A DNA stretch of 64,000 nt. Origin: Catajapyx aquilonaris (lineage: Eukaryota). Location: positions 1-64,000 of the forward strand of contig JYFJ02001629.1 in NCBI GenBank assembly GCA_000934665.2, read 5' to 3'. This document shows, one piece after another, positions 1 through 12,690 of the stretch; position 1 is the stretch's first letter; the number at the start of each line of letters is the position of its first letter. The translations under genes were made by a program, and so were the position numbers. The notes below the pieces were generated by a model. That model was not told where the DNA came from and searched no databases. It saw only the letters and a program-made list of their open reading frames with translations.

Positions 1-41
1 TTATTTCTAAAGCATGTACTACACTAACAACATCCTCTCAC

Positions 42-199
42 CACCGCTTTCTTCTTCCTCCAGGTAATACACCCTTGGAGTCGCCATTGCCACTGCCACA
101 AGGACCACCAACTGTCAACAAAAAATTATTATTAGGCCTACCTCTTGAAATGCAATTCTATGTGTTGAACCTTACCATGAAGAGAACGAGTCGTGTCAT
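42..199 (-). CDS. 5' exons of a small secreted protein, possibly another cuticular protein; gene probably continues beyond the left edge
   Basis: Exon 1 199..176 (MTRLVLFM, then GTAAG donor); 64-nt intron ending TGACAG; exon 2 111..42 (LVVLVAVAMATPRVYYLEEEESG, then GTGAG donor). Together these give a signal peptide. TATA box about 40 nt upstream. The tiny signal-peptide first exon matches the layout of the neighbouring cuticle gene. If the second donor is not used, the frame stops a few codons later. Confidence 0.7.
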
Positions 200-237
200 C
201 TTGAACCAGCGTCTGCAAAATTAAGATGTGCTCTTTC

Positions 238-246
238 CTTTATATA
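238..246 (-). promoter_or_regulatory. TATA box of the left-edge secreted protein gene
   Basis: Minus strand reads GTATATAAAGG about 40 nt upstream of the ATG at 199. Confidence 0.55.
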
Positions 247-2099
247 CACAACTGACCATCGGTTGGATGCATCCCCCTTTCTCATCCAGTAGTCTCTCTT
301 CCCCTAGTAGCCTACTTTAGGAAGCCACGGCCAGGTGGTGCATCGTCCGTCACGCGTCGACGGAAATCACGACAAAAATTCGCGCCTTCATGACCCAAAC
401 TGTCACGTACACCAGCGTACACTACCGTATACTCTGCATGTAAAAAAAATTATTTGGATCTAAAAAGAAAAACACAGTGCGCGGTGTCAGGTGAAAGTTG
501 GCTCGAAATGTCCTCCGTAACCATGCTGGATGGGTGTGGAGTTGGGGTAGGGTTTGTGTGTGTATATATATAAATGTTTGCATGTTAGACATCGACGCGT
601 TCTACTTGCTCCTGATCCATTGGGAGAGTTTGGAGTTTTTGATTGACGTCGTGTTACGCACGTTCACTATGACTTTCTTTCTTATACTATTGCCCCTTAG
701 GGTAGACGTTCCCTCCTTGTGCAAATCTTGAGCCAGGGAGAGTGGAATGGAATTGGGGGGGAAAAAATTGCCCTCGTTTGGTCATAATATTGCTAATTAT
801 GCCAATTTGAGAGTGCTTTTTAAAAATGTGATTGACCAACTATGGCGCGATAATTATGGCCTGGTTTTGCGCTCCTTAGCACGCAATTGTACGTATAGCA
901 AGCTAGAATCGTACGAAAATTGAAAGGGTTGACTGCAACTATTTTCCCAATAATTTGCTTGATAGAAAAATGATTTGATAACATTTGCTGCCAAACGATT
1001 TTGCAAATGAAGGGGGTTAAATTTCGAAGGTACTGTATATTAGAAGCAAGCATTTTTGAACATTACCCCGATAGTGTCAAAAGTGTATGCCCAGATTATC
1101 AATTTTTTAGATTTGATTGGTAGTCCAGAAAAATGACTTATAGAGGATTTAAAACGATGGTTTATGTAGAATATTTCATCACGGAATAATTGCTTTAAAA
1201 TGTATGATGTTTTAATATTAATCGTCCTTATTATGGGGCTTGTAACACTTCTTCCCTGAAATATTCTCAATATTTTAAAATTCCACGGATTGTTGGAGAT
1301 GAAGGAGCGGCATCTAGTGGCCATAAAATGAAAGATGTGAATTTGAGGGTCTCGATAAACACAATTATTGAGAATATACGTATTATATGGCAGGTACCCA
1401 AAAAGTACGTATTCCAGGTAATGACGGAGTATAATTAAGTTGTAGGCACTAAATGACTAGCAAAATTTTCGTACAAACACATTAAAGAGTACACAGCAAC
1501 ACAGGAAAGCATTTGTCTCATTTTTTTATTCCTCTTTCTATGTACATTTCAAGTAAAAACAACTTGCAATACATGACATGTGCAACAACGCCTGTTATAC
1601 TCGTTACTTTTATTACTTCCTGTGGATCTAGTCCGCTTCCTCATGCTTTTACCTACCTGTGGTGAGAGGCCCAAATAATGAATGGTTCGAACCTTCTCAT
1701 ATATCAAAAAAAAGGAGCAAGGTGGGCGGTATTCTGAAAATTAGGCTCGTAATGTTCCACAGACAAGTTCACACGCGCGCATTACAAATAATAATATGTT
1801 TTAAAAAAAACTGTAAAAACGAGTGACGTAAATCAATTAACAGACACTTTCAAAACACCCCGCCGCTTCCTTCCTACAATAATTTACTGTTGATAAGTAG
1901 CCTGCAAACCGGACATTCCGGCCGTCAAAACAGATTATAAAAAGGCGAAAGTGGTTCAGTAGATGAAGCAATGAGAAAGTGATTTTTGTTTCAAGTAGGA
2001 AGGACAGCTTGGGGGCTTAACACAAAAAGGGACATTGACATTGCGATTACACAGAATGGACTTTATAAAAAAAATCATATCACAGTTTTGTCCAGTGGC

Positions 2100-5000
2100 T
2101 TACTGCTGGTGCTGAGGCACGAATGTGTATGCTCCCTGGTGTGGGTGCCTGAGAGCCAGACGCTTGGGTGCCACTGGCACCAGAGTGTATGCGCCAGAAT
2201 GTGTGGTTGCATCTGGCTGCTGGGCATATGCAACACGGACCGCGGGCCGCACCACTTTCACGTGACGGTCCTCCTCCTGAGGCTGCGGTACGGGGATTTT
2301 CACCTGGATGTCTGTTGGTTCTCTCACCACCTGCAATGGATTTACTTTTACTTCAGATCCACACTGTTAGTGTCATACAATGTTGATTTCTGATATGCCC
2401 CAGGAACTGCATGACAGTGATAGATCAATGCAATCATGAGCGATGAGACCGAGTCTAGACCATGTCCGGTATTATTTTGTTTGCTATGGTTACAGTACAG
2501 GCTACAAGTATATGCGAGTACCAAACGAAGTGTATTATTTAAATTCATGTTGATGTACTGTGTAGTGATGGAAATAACGAACAGCCAAATAGTGGTTCAT
2601 AATATTATTTTTGGTGTAGTTTATTCAAATGTGACGGCAAGTAGAGAAATTACTGAATCAACGAGCCAAACAAATATTTTACGTCAAATAATGGGACATT
2701 TACACAGAGCCCTTGGCTGCCAAGTGAAATGTTGCCAAGACAAAGAAAAAAACTGACCATCTGATAGCATGTAAACATGGAGAAACTATATGTTAGTACC
2801 TTCTGGCTAATTTGTTTGTTGCAAACATAATATTCTTCTTGTATACACAATCAGACGATCGGTCTCTGTCTTGGCAATACTGTGCTTGGATTAATTTTTT
2901 AAGTGTTTCCTGTAGTGTCTTGTTTTAATTATTATGACCATATATTTTACTAATGCTGGGTATTAAAACATGACTCGTCATACCTTAGCTTGGAAACCGT
3001 GTATTGGATCTGCAGTGTAGGTGACCGTACGCACGTATCCGTCAGAGTCGACGACGCTGTAACTTCCCTTGATGATGTCTCCATCTCGGTTCTCCTGTCT
3101 GTTCTGGTAATTGGTGTACTCGTCGTCTCTCACGTCGAAGGAGAAGTTGTACTGAGGATTCGGCTGAAATCGGGAACACAAGTTAATATAATTACAATCA
3201 CATACAAATAGGAGCTAAGTCCGTCCTGAGTTCGTTCTAAGTTCGTTCAAGTAAGCAGACCTTCTACTACATTCATCACGAGTATACAAAAACATTTGTC
3301 AAATTTTATGATGGAGTATAATATTTCTATTACGTCAATGTCTTCCTCTTCCGATTGCTCCTCCGATGAGTGACCTTGCTGCAGTTGCTGGGCCTTGACC
3401 CTGACTGCCTTCAGGTGGTGACCTCCAGGGCTGACCACCCTCTGGATTGCGTAGGTAGGTGCTCCTGTGGCTGACACAGGTACATATCTCACTGGATGTG
3501 GGTGGTGACCTCTGGCTGGAGCTGCTGCCGATCCTAAATCACAAATAATAATATTAAAATATAATAAAATATTGAGAGCGAATAAGAAGTGAATAAGAAA
3601 GTGAAGAAGTGTATAAAAAGTGGAGCGAGCTTACTGTATATTCGTCTTTTTTAAAACAAGATGTTAATCACCATTTTCACATTTTACTTGGCTTATATGC
3701 TTTTCGACCTATTTCCTTAATCACTTCGAAAGGATCGAATGGCAACTATACGCAATTCGTGCACTATTTCTCACTATTGTTTGTACTGATTGATATCTCC
3801 GGGACTAATTAATCGAGCCATCCGAAAGTTGCAAATTTTCAAATGAAAACAAGCGAGATTACGATGGTTCTTGACCTCAGATTATCACAGCAGCAAACTC
3901 CTGGTTAAACCAACCTTATCACACCTTTTTTTTTCTCTCTCTCTCTCTCTCATTAAAGCAATCACAATCATCATTTGCTGAGTGCCATAACAGCTAATGC
4001 CGAGGCGGAGAAAGTGAACTTAGATGGCTTGTTCTCTCACGTTTTCGCTGTCTGACTGCGATATATCCCACTTAGGTCCGATTTCGCCCGGAGCTAAATA
4101 GAAGGTAAGAACTGCTTCATGAGAGCACAATTTCATAATAAGAAAGGAGGCTTAGTCATTAAAAACGATTTTTAAGCCATCTAAAAAGTAATGTAATGAT
4201 CTCCAATGCAGTTGGTTTTCTCTCCAAGAATTATTGTCTCCTTTTTAAATTTAAGATGAAAGTTTGATTTACTTTTACTCATATTTATCAAAGGTGAGCT
4301 AACTGGAGATAACCAGATATAACGTTTTTTTTGTAATTCAACCTTCAGTATACATAATTTCCCGTATTCCTTACTTTTCTCTTGTGTAAGTATATGATAA
4401 AACCAGAATGTGCAGAAAAGTATGTTATGCTCCAGTAGTTTGATCCGGAAAGTTGAATTTTTAAAATCTGCATTTAGTCCAAGTGCACACCCGATTTTTA
4501 AGGAGAGGTTTTTCTTCATTTTCACTTATGAAATCTGGCAGTGAAACTATGCCCATAGCTTTCCCCATCAGACACTGTTGCTTTCTTCCTAAAACCAGCC
4601 AAATTGGTTCGCAGAAGAGTGAACAATCCGGAGTCGTTGAAATTATCCACGAGTAAATATGAAGAAGCATAAAAGTTCCCATTAGTACGAGAATAAAATT
4701 AATAACCATTAATATGATAATAAAATTAATAAACATTAATACGAGAATAAATTAATAAACCTTAATACGAGAATAAAATATAATAAAATAATGTGTTGGA
4801 ATTAGGCGGCCTATATATTTGAACTGAACCACACAAAGACCTAGAATGCGAAAGGCACTGGATTGACTTTGATAAATTAATAATTTAATTAATCCCCATG
4901 GTGTGCTTTATAAAAAAAAAATAATTCTAATTGATCAATCAGGAAATAGTCTGAACCATCCGACTAAGCAATTCCTAAATAATTATGTATCTCATAGTTC

Positions 5001-5619
5001 TGTGTTTTTTTTAAAGTTTTCCTCCATCAATCTCATTTGGACTTAACCACAATTATGTAAAGTACCAGGGGCATGCAAGCATGACCCAAGTCCACAAATG
5101 AACAATATTTTTATTTATTTATTTATTTACCCCAAGAATGAACCATATATATTCAGACATAAACTCTGATTTTTAAAATGTTTGGACTGACCTCAATGAC
5201 ACCGAAGAACTGTGATGAGTTCACCCCAAATTTGTACTTGGACTTTTTTTCTCTCCTTATTTTCCATACGATGTACTCACCTCTTCTGTACGTGATCGCT
5301 TGCCCAGGGGCCGAAGACGAGTAGGCGGTGTACGGGTAGCCTCCGTTTGGATTGACCGTGGTCGCGATTTGAGCCTGAGGCAACGCCAGTTGCTCCCTGT
5401 ACACGGGGTCGTACACTGCATGGTGTTGCGCCGGTACCTGCAGCAGGGCTCCATTCACCCTGGCCGCCTTGTGCCGGCTCTGCGGGTATCCCCATGTCAC
5501 CGACCCCATCCACACCACCAGCACGAGACACACCTATTGCGCAATTCATGAAGAGGGTTGTCGCAATCAGTGAAAGGCACAAGCCCAAGCGAAAGGAAAA
5601 AACTTACCTGCAACTTCAT
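2100..5619 (-). CDS. Cuticular protein, CPR family with RR-2 chitin-binding domain (291 aa, 5 exons)
   Basis: Exons 5619..5608 (MKLQ), 5533..5281, 3533..3334, 3163..2984, 2330..2100. All introns are GT-AG with consistent phases; total 876 nt. Signal peptide MKLQVCLVLVVWMGSVTWG. Rebers-Riddiford RR-2 motif PQYNFSFDVRDDEYTNYQNRQENRDGDIIKGSYSVVDSDGYVRTVTYTADPIHGFQAKVVREP. Ala/Pro/His/Val/Gln-rich flanks. Confidence 0.95.
4687..4790. repeat. Degenerate AT-rich tandem repeat (ACGAGAATAAAATTAATAA-like, about 3 copies) in cuticle gene intron 2
   Basis: ACGAGAATAAA recurs three times, separated by AT-rich spacers. Confidence 0.55.
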
Positions 5620-5721
5620 ACTTCCACCGGTTTAATATGTACTGATCAAAGCTAAACACAACCGAGAACCACTCTGCTCGAAATGCGGTCACCTATTCTC
5701 CCACTTCCGCACATCTCTTGG

Positions 5722-5730
5722 CTTTTATAC
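5722..5730 (-). promoter_or_regulatory. TATA box of the RR-2 cuticle gene
   Basis: Minus strand GTATAAAAG about 105 nt upstream of the ATG at 5619. Confidence 0.65.
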
Positions 5731-8700
5731 GGACCCCTGTGCTTGCAGGGGCGTGGTCTTCTTCTCATGGAAAGAGAAACGGATTCTCTTTTTTTTCTTC
5801 TCCTTCTCAGTCCAGGGGCCACATGAAGGAGGTGGGTGGGTGAAAAGAGAGACAACTGGAAAACTGGAGAGGAAGAGGTTGGAAAAAGGGTCCGTTGTGT
5901 GATTATTGGAGAGAAAATGGACCGACACTTCTGGTCTAATTGGGACAGGTTGACTCCATTATCTTCCTTGTGGAGTGGTAATCAGTGTTACGACATCTGG
6001 GTGGTGCATATTTTGGAAGCTGAGTACATGAGACGACACGATGTCCTGTTGATTTTTATATTTCAGAAGACAACTGTAAGTTTCGGCTACTGTAGAAAGA
6101 CGGAAGCGGAAGACATGATGATTAATTATTTCAGCGCATTGTGAAGATGTCATGACCATATCATGAGCACATTAATTTTTCTTGGGAATACACTAATTAG
6201 GAAATTTACATCTAGAAAATGATGTTGAAATCGGTCATTCGGCATGAGAAAGGTACCAAAAATTCATATAGTGTTTCTTGATAGTTCGTAAAAGAAATCG
6301 GATTTTTTTGTATACAAAAATGGGCGTGCTGTGCCCAAAAATGAGACAAAGGGTCCTAATATGTGTAGATTTGTAGATCTGGAACTTTTAAAATATTCTG
6401 GGAACCGGTACAGCACACAAACATTCCCAAATTTCTGTAAAACATTTCGTGTGTGAATTAGTTTAGTAGGAGTTGACCGATTTCCATATATTTTGCTCTG
6501 TACTGAGAAGATCCAATTGTTTTTACTTTCAAGAACACTTTTACATGCAAGCCATTCGTAGACCAATAGTGGATTCGATGTGATTAAATAACTCGATAAG
6601 AAGCAAACAAAATGGGCTCTGATTGTTGAAGCTTTTAAAACTAATTTCTATATATACATGTGTACGATTGTATCTTCTTCAACCTTCAGAAGTCACGTTA
6701 CATAGATAACACTTTTGACTTTTTAATTTTTTTTCTTTTATAGTTGAGCTGGAAGTTGAATGATAAAAGAAGCCGATTAGCAACTGGAACGGCCCACTTC
6801 TTTCAGATGAAGACAAGTGCAAAGAAGTGCCGGAGCCATATGAGTATTCCGGTATATGGAAGGGGGGGGGGGAAAAAAAAGAAGGTTCCTTCTTCCTGCA
6901 ATTGAGAGTGAAAAGTGGGTACCTTTTGTTCTCCCTCTGGATCATTCCTGCACCACAAGAGTCGCATCACAGCCGCAAAAGAAAATCACCAGTTCTCACC
7001 ATTTAGATACTATCTCCTTTCCGTCGCCCTATTTATTTATTTATTTTTTTCCCCCTTTCCATCCTAACCGTTGGGAGCTTTTCCTTCTCTGTTAAGTCGG
7101 AATTAATCAAGTTGTGGGCCAAAGTGTTGCAATAAAATCTGAACGTTTCAAGCCCGGAACCACAGCTACTGGTTATTACGCAACTGGAGACAGTAAAAAG
7201 AGCAGGGTTTTATTCCTTTAGAAAATATCGGATGGAAAACATGACAAAGGGATAACGAAAGACGGTATTATAAATCCGGCAATAATTTCTCTCTCTCTCC
7301 TAAGGATATTGTGACCTACTAAAATTGGGCAAATTTCGAGGCCGGTCACCTGGGCGTGTGCAAATAAGAGCGGGATTGCGTAAGGTTTCATTGTGAGGAG
7401 ATTTTTTTTTTTACTGCGATACATTCCATTGATTAGAACGTCACTCGTGATCAGGCTCCTAAAACGGTATAGGGTATTGCTAATATAATAAAATATAAAT
7501 GTAAATAATATAGCAATAAGCAGGAAATTTCGTTAGGAACAGTTGTAATTTTTCATAAAGCTATTGGATGAAACCCTGTACTGTAAAAGTGATGGATCAT
7601 ATTGTACCACATCTGAACAATTAATTTCTCAATCACATACGATTAATAATCCCTATTATGTGGAGAAATAGATCGGAAAAGAATGATGGTATCCGATTCA
7701 GAGATAATCAGTGCTCTATCCTCTGCCAGGTCATGCGAAAAGGGCAGCTGAGTTAACCCTTTTTGTGTCGGAGTCGACACCACTTCTTGGCTCAATTAAC
7801 CCACTTGTTAATTATTTTTTTTATTTCACTTTTATGCGGCATAATATAGCCTGGTGTTGCCGTAGAGAAGGAGAGAGTGGTGTGTATGAGTGTGTGGAGA
7901 ATATGAGTGAGAGTTAATTCGGGGGCTAAGGTTAAGGTGCTGTATAGCATGGAAGCCTCGTGAGCATGAAGGTCTCTGCCAACGGAATTTTTCTCCTTTA
8001 TTTCTTCTTCTTCTTTCTCTTCTTTTCTTGGAGGTGAGAACAAGACGAAAAAGGCAGTCAGTCAAAAATCCAAGGATTCATCTCCCACGCTCTGGGTGAA
8101 AGCTGGCAAGCATTTTTGTTCGTCAACCTCTCTCGGAATGTGACCAGTTGTCGAAAGCTGCTGCTGTGGGAATAAGGCGCATGTTATGCGCCTACAAACA
8201 CCATTATAGCTCATTGACTATGACCCCTACTATAATATTGAAGCCAACTCTTGAACTGTGTAATAAAGTGCCTCAAAAAATGCAGATTAAAGGGATTCAT
8301 AATGCAACATTTCGATTGCTTATAGAATTAATTACCAACATGCCTGAATAGTTTGAACATATTATAATAACACTGAATTTTACGTTTAATAATCACTTTG
8401 AAGGGGGACTAGTCGCAATTACACTCAGAGCAGATGCAACCAAAAATCATAAGGAAGAGACAGTGTTTCCTGACTTTCGCGGAAAAGACACGTAATCGTA
8501 GGTAAATAGGCGCATTTCCTTATATGTGCTCGGTGCAGTCGACGTATGTTGCTGATGAGATGAGAACAGCACGCGCAATTAGAAAGTCCTTTTGTTTTTT
8601 TCCTTGCCAGAGAGGAAAAGTTTACAAGTGCAGGCGACCTAGGCCTACAGCCCCAGGAGGATTTCCTTCCAACTGTTTCCGTGCCTATTGCTCTATTTAC

Positions 8701-9696
8701 TGCCATTAAATTCAACTTACATCTACTCAATTAAACGATCATAAGATGCAGTCAGTTTGCACTTTTCGTAACATGCAGGGCCTCAAATCGCAAAAAAATT
8801 TGGCAAAGTGGTGCGGTTCTTACTACAGAAACTTGCATTATACTGATGAGTAATACAGGGTATCAAATTTATTAATTTTATGGGCCAAGAGAAATGAAAA
8901 ATGTATAACGATAATATGTAGTCCAGGTCACCATAAGTGAGATGGGAGAAAAGTGAATTTTTTTGTTTCAATTTTATTCATTGTTATACGCATAGTTCAC
9001 ATAGGTGTAAATGGAATTTGCATTGTTATTTAGTCGGGCAAATATGATTTGTAGCAATTAAAAAGTGACATCATTCACACATGTTTTTCCCCCCTCACAT
9101 TATATTTGTTGGCCTGAATCACATATCGTCACTCTACATTTTTGGCCCATGTGTCTTGAAGTTATGAAGCAGCATTGTATTTTGTGCAAAAATCAAAGGC
9201 GACTCAGGTATTCAGGAAGTTCAATACACAAATGACCCACTCTCGCACAACAGGTAGTAACACATTTCCATTAAAATAATCCATTTTTATGATCATTTTA
9301 CCAGAAGTGATTACATCTACAATACCAGCAGTTTCCTTAGCCACATGTACCGGTTCTGAGTTCTCATTTACTGTACACTGCTGCACTGTAGTGTTCTTGT
9401 CCATTCCGGCTTGCTGCAGACAGTATGACAGAAGTGTACCGAGGCTTACTTGTCACGTACTCATTCAGTGACATTCCCTGCTGCTTATCTTAGGTTAGAA
9501 ACACTGCTCGTGTCAGTCTTATCTTGAGGTGAAAATGAACGGGCTTTAAAAGCCTCGGGTGTGGTATCACGTAAAGTGTTTCGCTGTCGTACAGCACGTA
9601 CTAACCGTAGTACAGCTCTTTGCAAGAGACGTCATGCAATTTTTGAGCAAAAGTTTTTTTTTCTGTCACGAGCTTTGCTGGTGACGCAATGTTTTT

Positions 9697-12690
9697 TCAT
9701 CCGGCTTGGCGAAGTATGGTCGATGGCCTCGTGCTCTCGGAGTAATACCAGGTATGGTGGCCGCACAACGACGACGATGCGATGACTTTGCCGCTTACCA
9801 GTAGACACAACGCACCTGAAAATCAGATCAATTATTCACTGGTACAATGAGAGAAATATACATATTAAAAATTGAGAAAAGTGCTGTGATTGTTATAGTA
9901 CCCAACAAGGTTTAATTAGACTTTAGAGGAAGGTATCTGCATGCAGCATATTGATGACGTATATGCCATTTAACAAATAAACGTCAACATACTTCAAGGC
10001 GTTTACAATTTTTTGAAAGAAAAATTCTGAATATATTTCCACTTGGGATAAAGGGTTGGAACACAAATATTGTGATTGATTCTCACGCGTTTCATTTTTT
10101 ATAAAGCCAGTTGTGATTATGTGGAAGAAGAGAGGTCTTCGTTTGAATATTGAAACAATTTTAAACTGTAGACTGATATAAATATTATCAAGTCTATGAT
10201 TATTTCAGTGGGGGAATATGTTAGAGAAATGAAGACCACTTTCATTCCTCTCTGTTTTATGTGGAATATAATATCGTCATAGCCATTAAGTAAAGGGGGC
10301 AGCGTTGGATGTACTTGACTGGGAAATGGAAAATGAAAGCATCACGTCATTTGAAGGTCACTTGAAGGGAGTAATGACTTCGTTAACGCCCACGTAAACG
10401 ATGCCTTCAACGCGTAAACAAATAAACAAAGTACCGGGTAACAGAATATCCCCCAGTGGTTAAGAAAAACAATTCAAAAGTGCACGGTGAGTAAACAATG
10501 TAACAAATAATATGACACTGGCACGTATGTCCTATCTTTGGACGTGCGTTTTTTCCATTCAAAACTTAAGTAGGCTATTTGATGTTATAATTATTAAAAG
10601 CATTAATTGCTGTAAGTAAAATACTGAAAGTGTTGAAAATGGTCATATTATTAATATTGATATTACGACTAAAATCGATAAAAATAGACCCATATAGTGC
10701 ACAGTACTAATTAGCAATTGTTACTCGTGGACAGATTTGTGCCAGTTACCACCAGTTCTTTTGACAGGTCATACACGAATTATTGTGCAGAAAACACACA
10801 GGTCACGCAATATTCTCAATGTTCACGTCCATGATTAATACGGCCGACCTTATGAAACCTGCCGACCTTCCATCCGTCGTCATTTCGACCTTTTGACCTC
10901 GCTTCATTTTTTTCTGTTTGTAATACAGCTTTGATTCGAATGTTATGTGCGTGTATACCCATGAGGATTGCTCCGTAGAATGCGGACCCGTAGTGGAGAA
11001 GCAGCCAGTTGGACTGGAAGGGAATGGCCAGGTGTTGTTGGGTCCTGATGAGACACAGGTGGTAGCAGAGAGAGGCGGCCATGAGGAGGACCCCTCCGCC
11101 CAGCAGGAGAAATATATGGCTTTGGTGTTGCTGCTCCACCAAGGCGATCACGTTCGACATGCAGCACAGTACCAAGCCACACCTGGAATGAATAAAACAA
11201 GCACCAAGAATCACCTGACTTCAGTCACCGAAATAAAACGGGCAGGGGTCAGGCAACAGGAAGGTGGCGATAAAAGGCGTGGCTCAAAGACGTTCACCTT
11301 GCTTCCAAAGCACATCATCGAAAATTTATTTGGTTGTTTGGTACGTCAAAAAACATTACTTGCAAAATCCGCTTAATTGCATTAACGCTCCGGTTAATTG
11401 CATATGGCGCTCCGGTTAATTGCATATGGCGCTCCGGTTATTTGCATAACTCATCCGGATAATCGCATAAAATTCGAATCATTTTATTTTATGTAATTTT
11501 AAATTTATAAACAGGTGTCATACCCACCATAGGAGGATTGTGGCGATGTGTCCGGCCATTTGTAGCCTGTTTCCCCAAAAGGGCGGGTCCTCAGGTCGGA
11601 AATATTCCAAGGCGGTGAGGATTGGAAAAGGAAGGCCCTGATGGAGTCCGGCCCGAAGACATTCTTCTCCTGTACAAAAGAAGAAAGGGAGAGTTTTGTA
11701 TATATGGTGGTGATGATTTTTTGGTGACATGGTCTCAAGGCAACCTGTCCCAATCCGCACGATTCGATTAACCGTGGTTTTGGCCAAGGACGGATTTGCA
11801 CTAAACAAAAGGGAGATGATGAGTGAAGCGGGCCAGTGCTTTTGATGGGAAGGTGGGAAAGGTGTTTGAGAAATTGCAGCAGTCATTCTGGAGGTTGGAC
11901 GAGAAACAAATAGGTGTGGAAAAGCGGCGGTTTTCCCAAAAAGAAGCATTTGAAAAAATTTTAGTGGACAGTTATTGGAGGTCAGGATAAATGTAAAAAA
12001 GGGCGAGCTGCAAGGCTGCCTGTTTAAGCCAAAACAAAAATTTTAAATGGTCATACGTTCAAGGACAAGCATTGGTAATGACTTGTAATGGCCCATAAGC
12101 AAGGCTTCTTTTCAGTTGTTTTCCTCTGAAATTCTGCAGGTGTAGTACACTGCGTTCCTATACGTTACAATAATGTCTTTTGATTTGATAGTATCAACTA
12201 AACATAATCTGAAATTTTGTCTTAATTTTCAGCTGGCTTTTAGTCGGAGGCGCAAACTCTCTATTGCATAATTACAGGAAAACTAGCGTGTGGGCGTTAT
12301 GTAAACATTGCCCCCACGGTTTCCCCCGACTAAAAAATATCCGCACAAAAAGGCTGGGCACTTTCACAAGCAAAATCACTCGTTATCTTGATTCTGATTG
12401 CAAATTGAGGCTTCCCTGGGTTTTCCATACGAGACAAAAAAAAGTGTTAATTGCAGTGATTGTACTTGCTGATTTTGATATAACTATACCTTGGTCCCAT
12501 GTGAAGCTCTTCCGGTAGTGGATGGGCACGGCTACCTCTGGCCCCTTGAGGTTTCCTTCCAGGTGTATTTCCGCCCCCTGCAGGCCGATTCGGATGGCTA
12601 GGTGCCCTCGAAAGAAGCCTCTACTGGTTGGTCCCACCGCCTCTTGCAAGGGCACCTCACCTCTCTGCCACTCGGGCCACCACAGCAAAT
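9697..12690 (-). CDS. DUOXA: Divergent dual oxidase maturation factor (DUOXA / NIP / moladietz-like); N-terminal exon(s) not resolved
   Basis: Four phase-compatible GT-AG exons. 12690..12490: LLWWPEWQRGEVPLQEAVGPTSRGFFRGHLAIRIGLQGAEIHLEG...IHYRKSFTWDQG, cf. DUOXA EWSVGQV...IGLQVGLGGVNITL...INYNEEFTW. 11669..11528: EECLRAGLHQGLPFPILTALEYF...WGNRLQMAGHIATILLW, cf. ALEKGLPDPVLYLAEKF...YRLAGHYTSAMLW. 11182..10959: two TM helices plus LAIPFQSNWLLLHYGSAFYGAILM, cf. LHTHHGPAFWITLTTG. 9815..9697: GALCLLVSG...stop. Reference sequences are from memory. The last exon is the least certain. Confidence 0.85.
11368..11470. repeat. 22-bp minisatellite (TCCGGTTAATTGCATATGGCGC), about 5 copies, in a DUOXA-like intron
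   Basis: Two identical units at 11389-11410 and 11411-11432, flanked by three degenerate units. Confidence 0.9.

Noticed and set aside
10945..11376. 143-aa plus-strand ORF
   Set aside because: Antisense shadow of a DUOXA-like exon; no independent homology recognised.
11745..11800. Apparent extra DUOXA exon (ANPSLAKTTVNRIVRIGT) in ORF 11518..11949 with AG/GT borders
   Set aside because: It needs a phase-2 upstream intron, but exon 12690..12490 ends in phase 1 and joins 11669 directly, matching the DUOXA alignment (FTWDQG-EECL).
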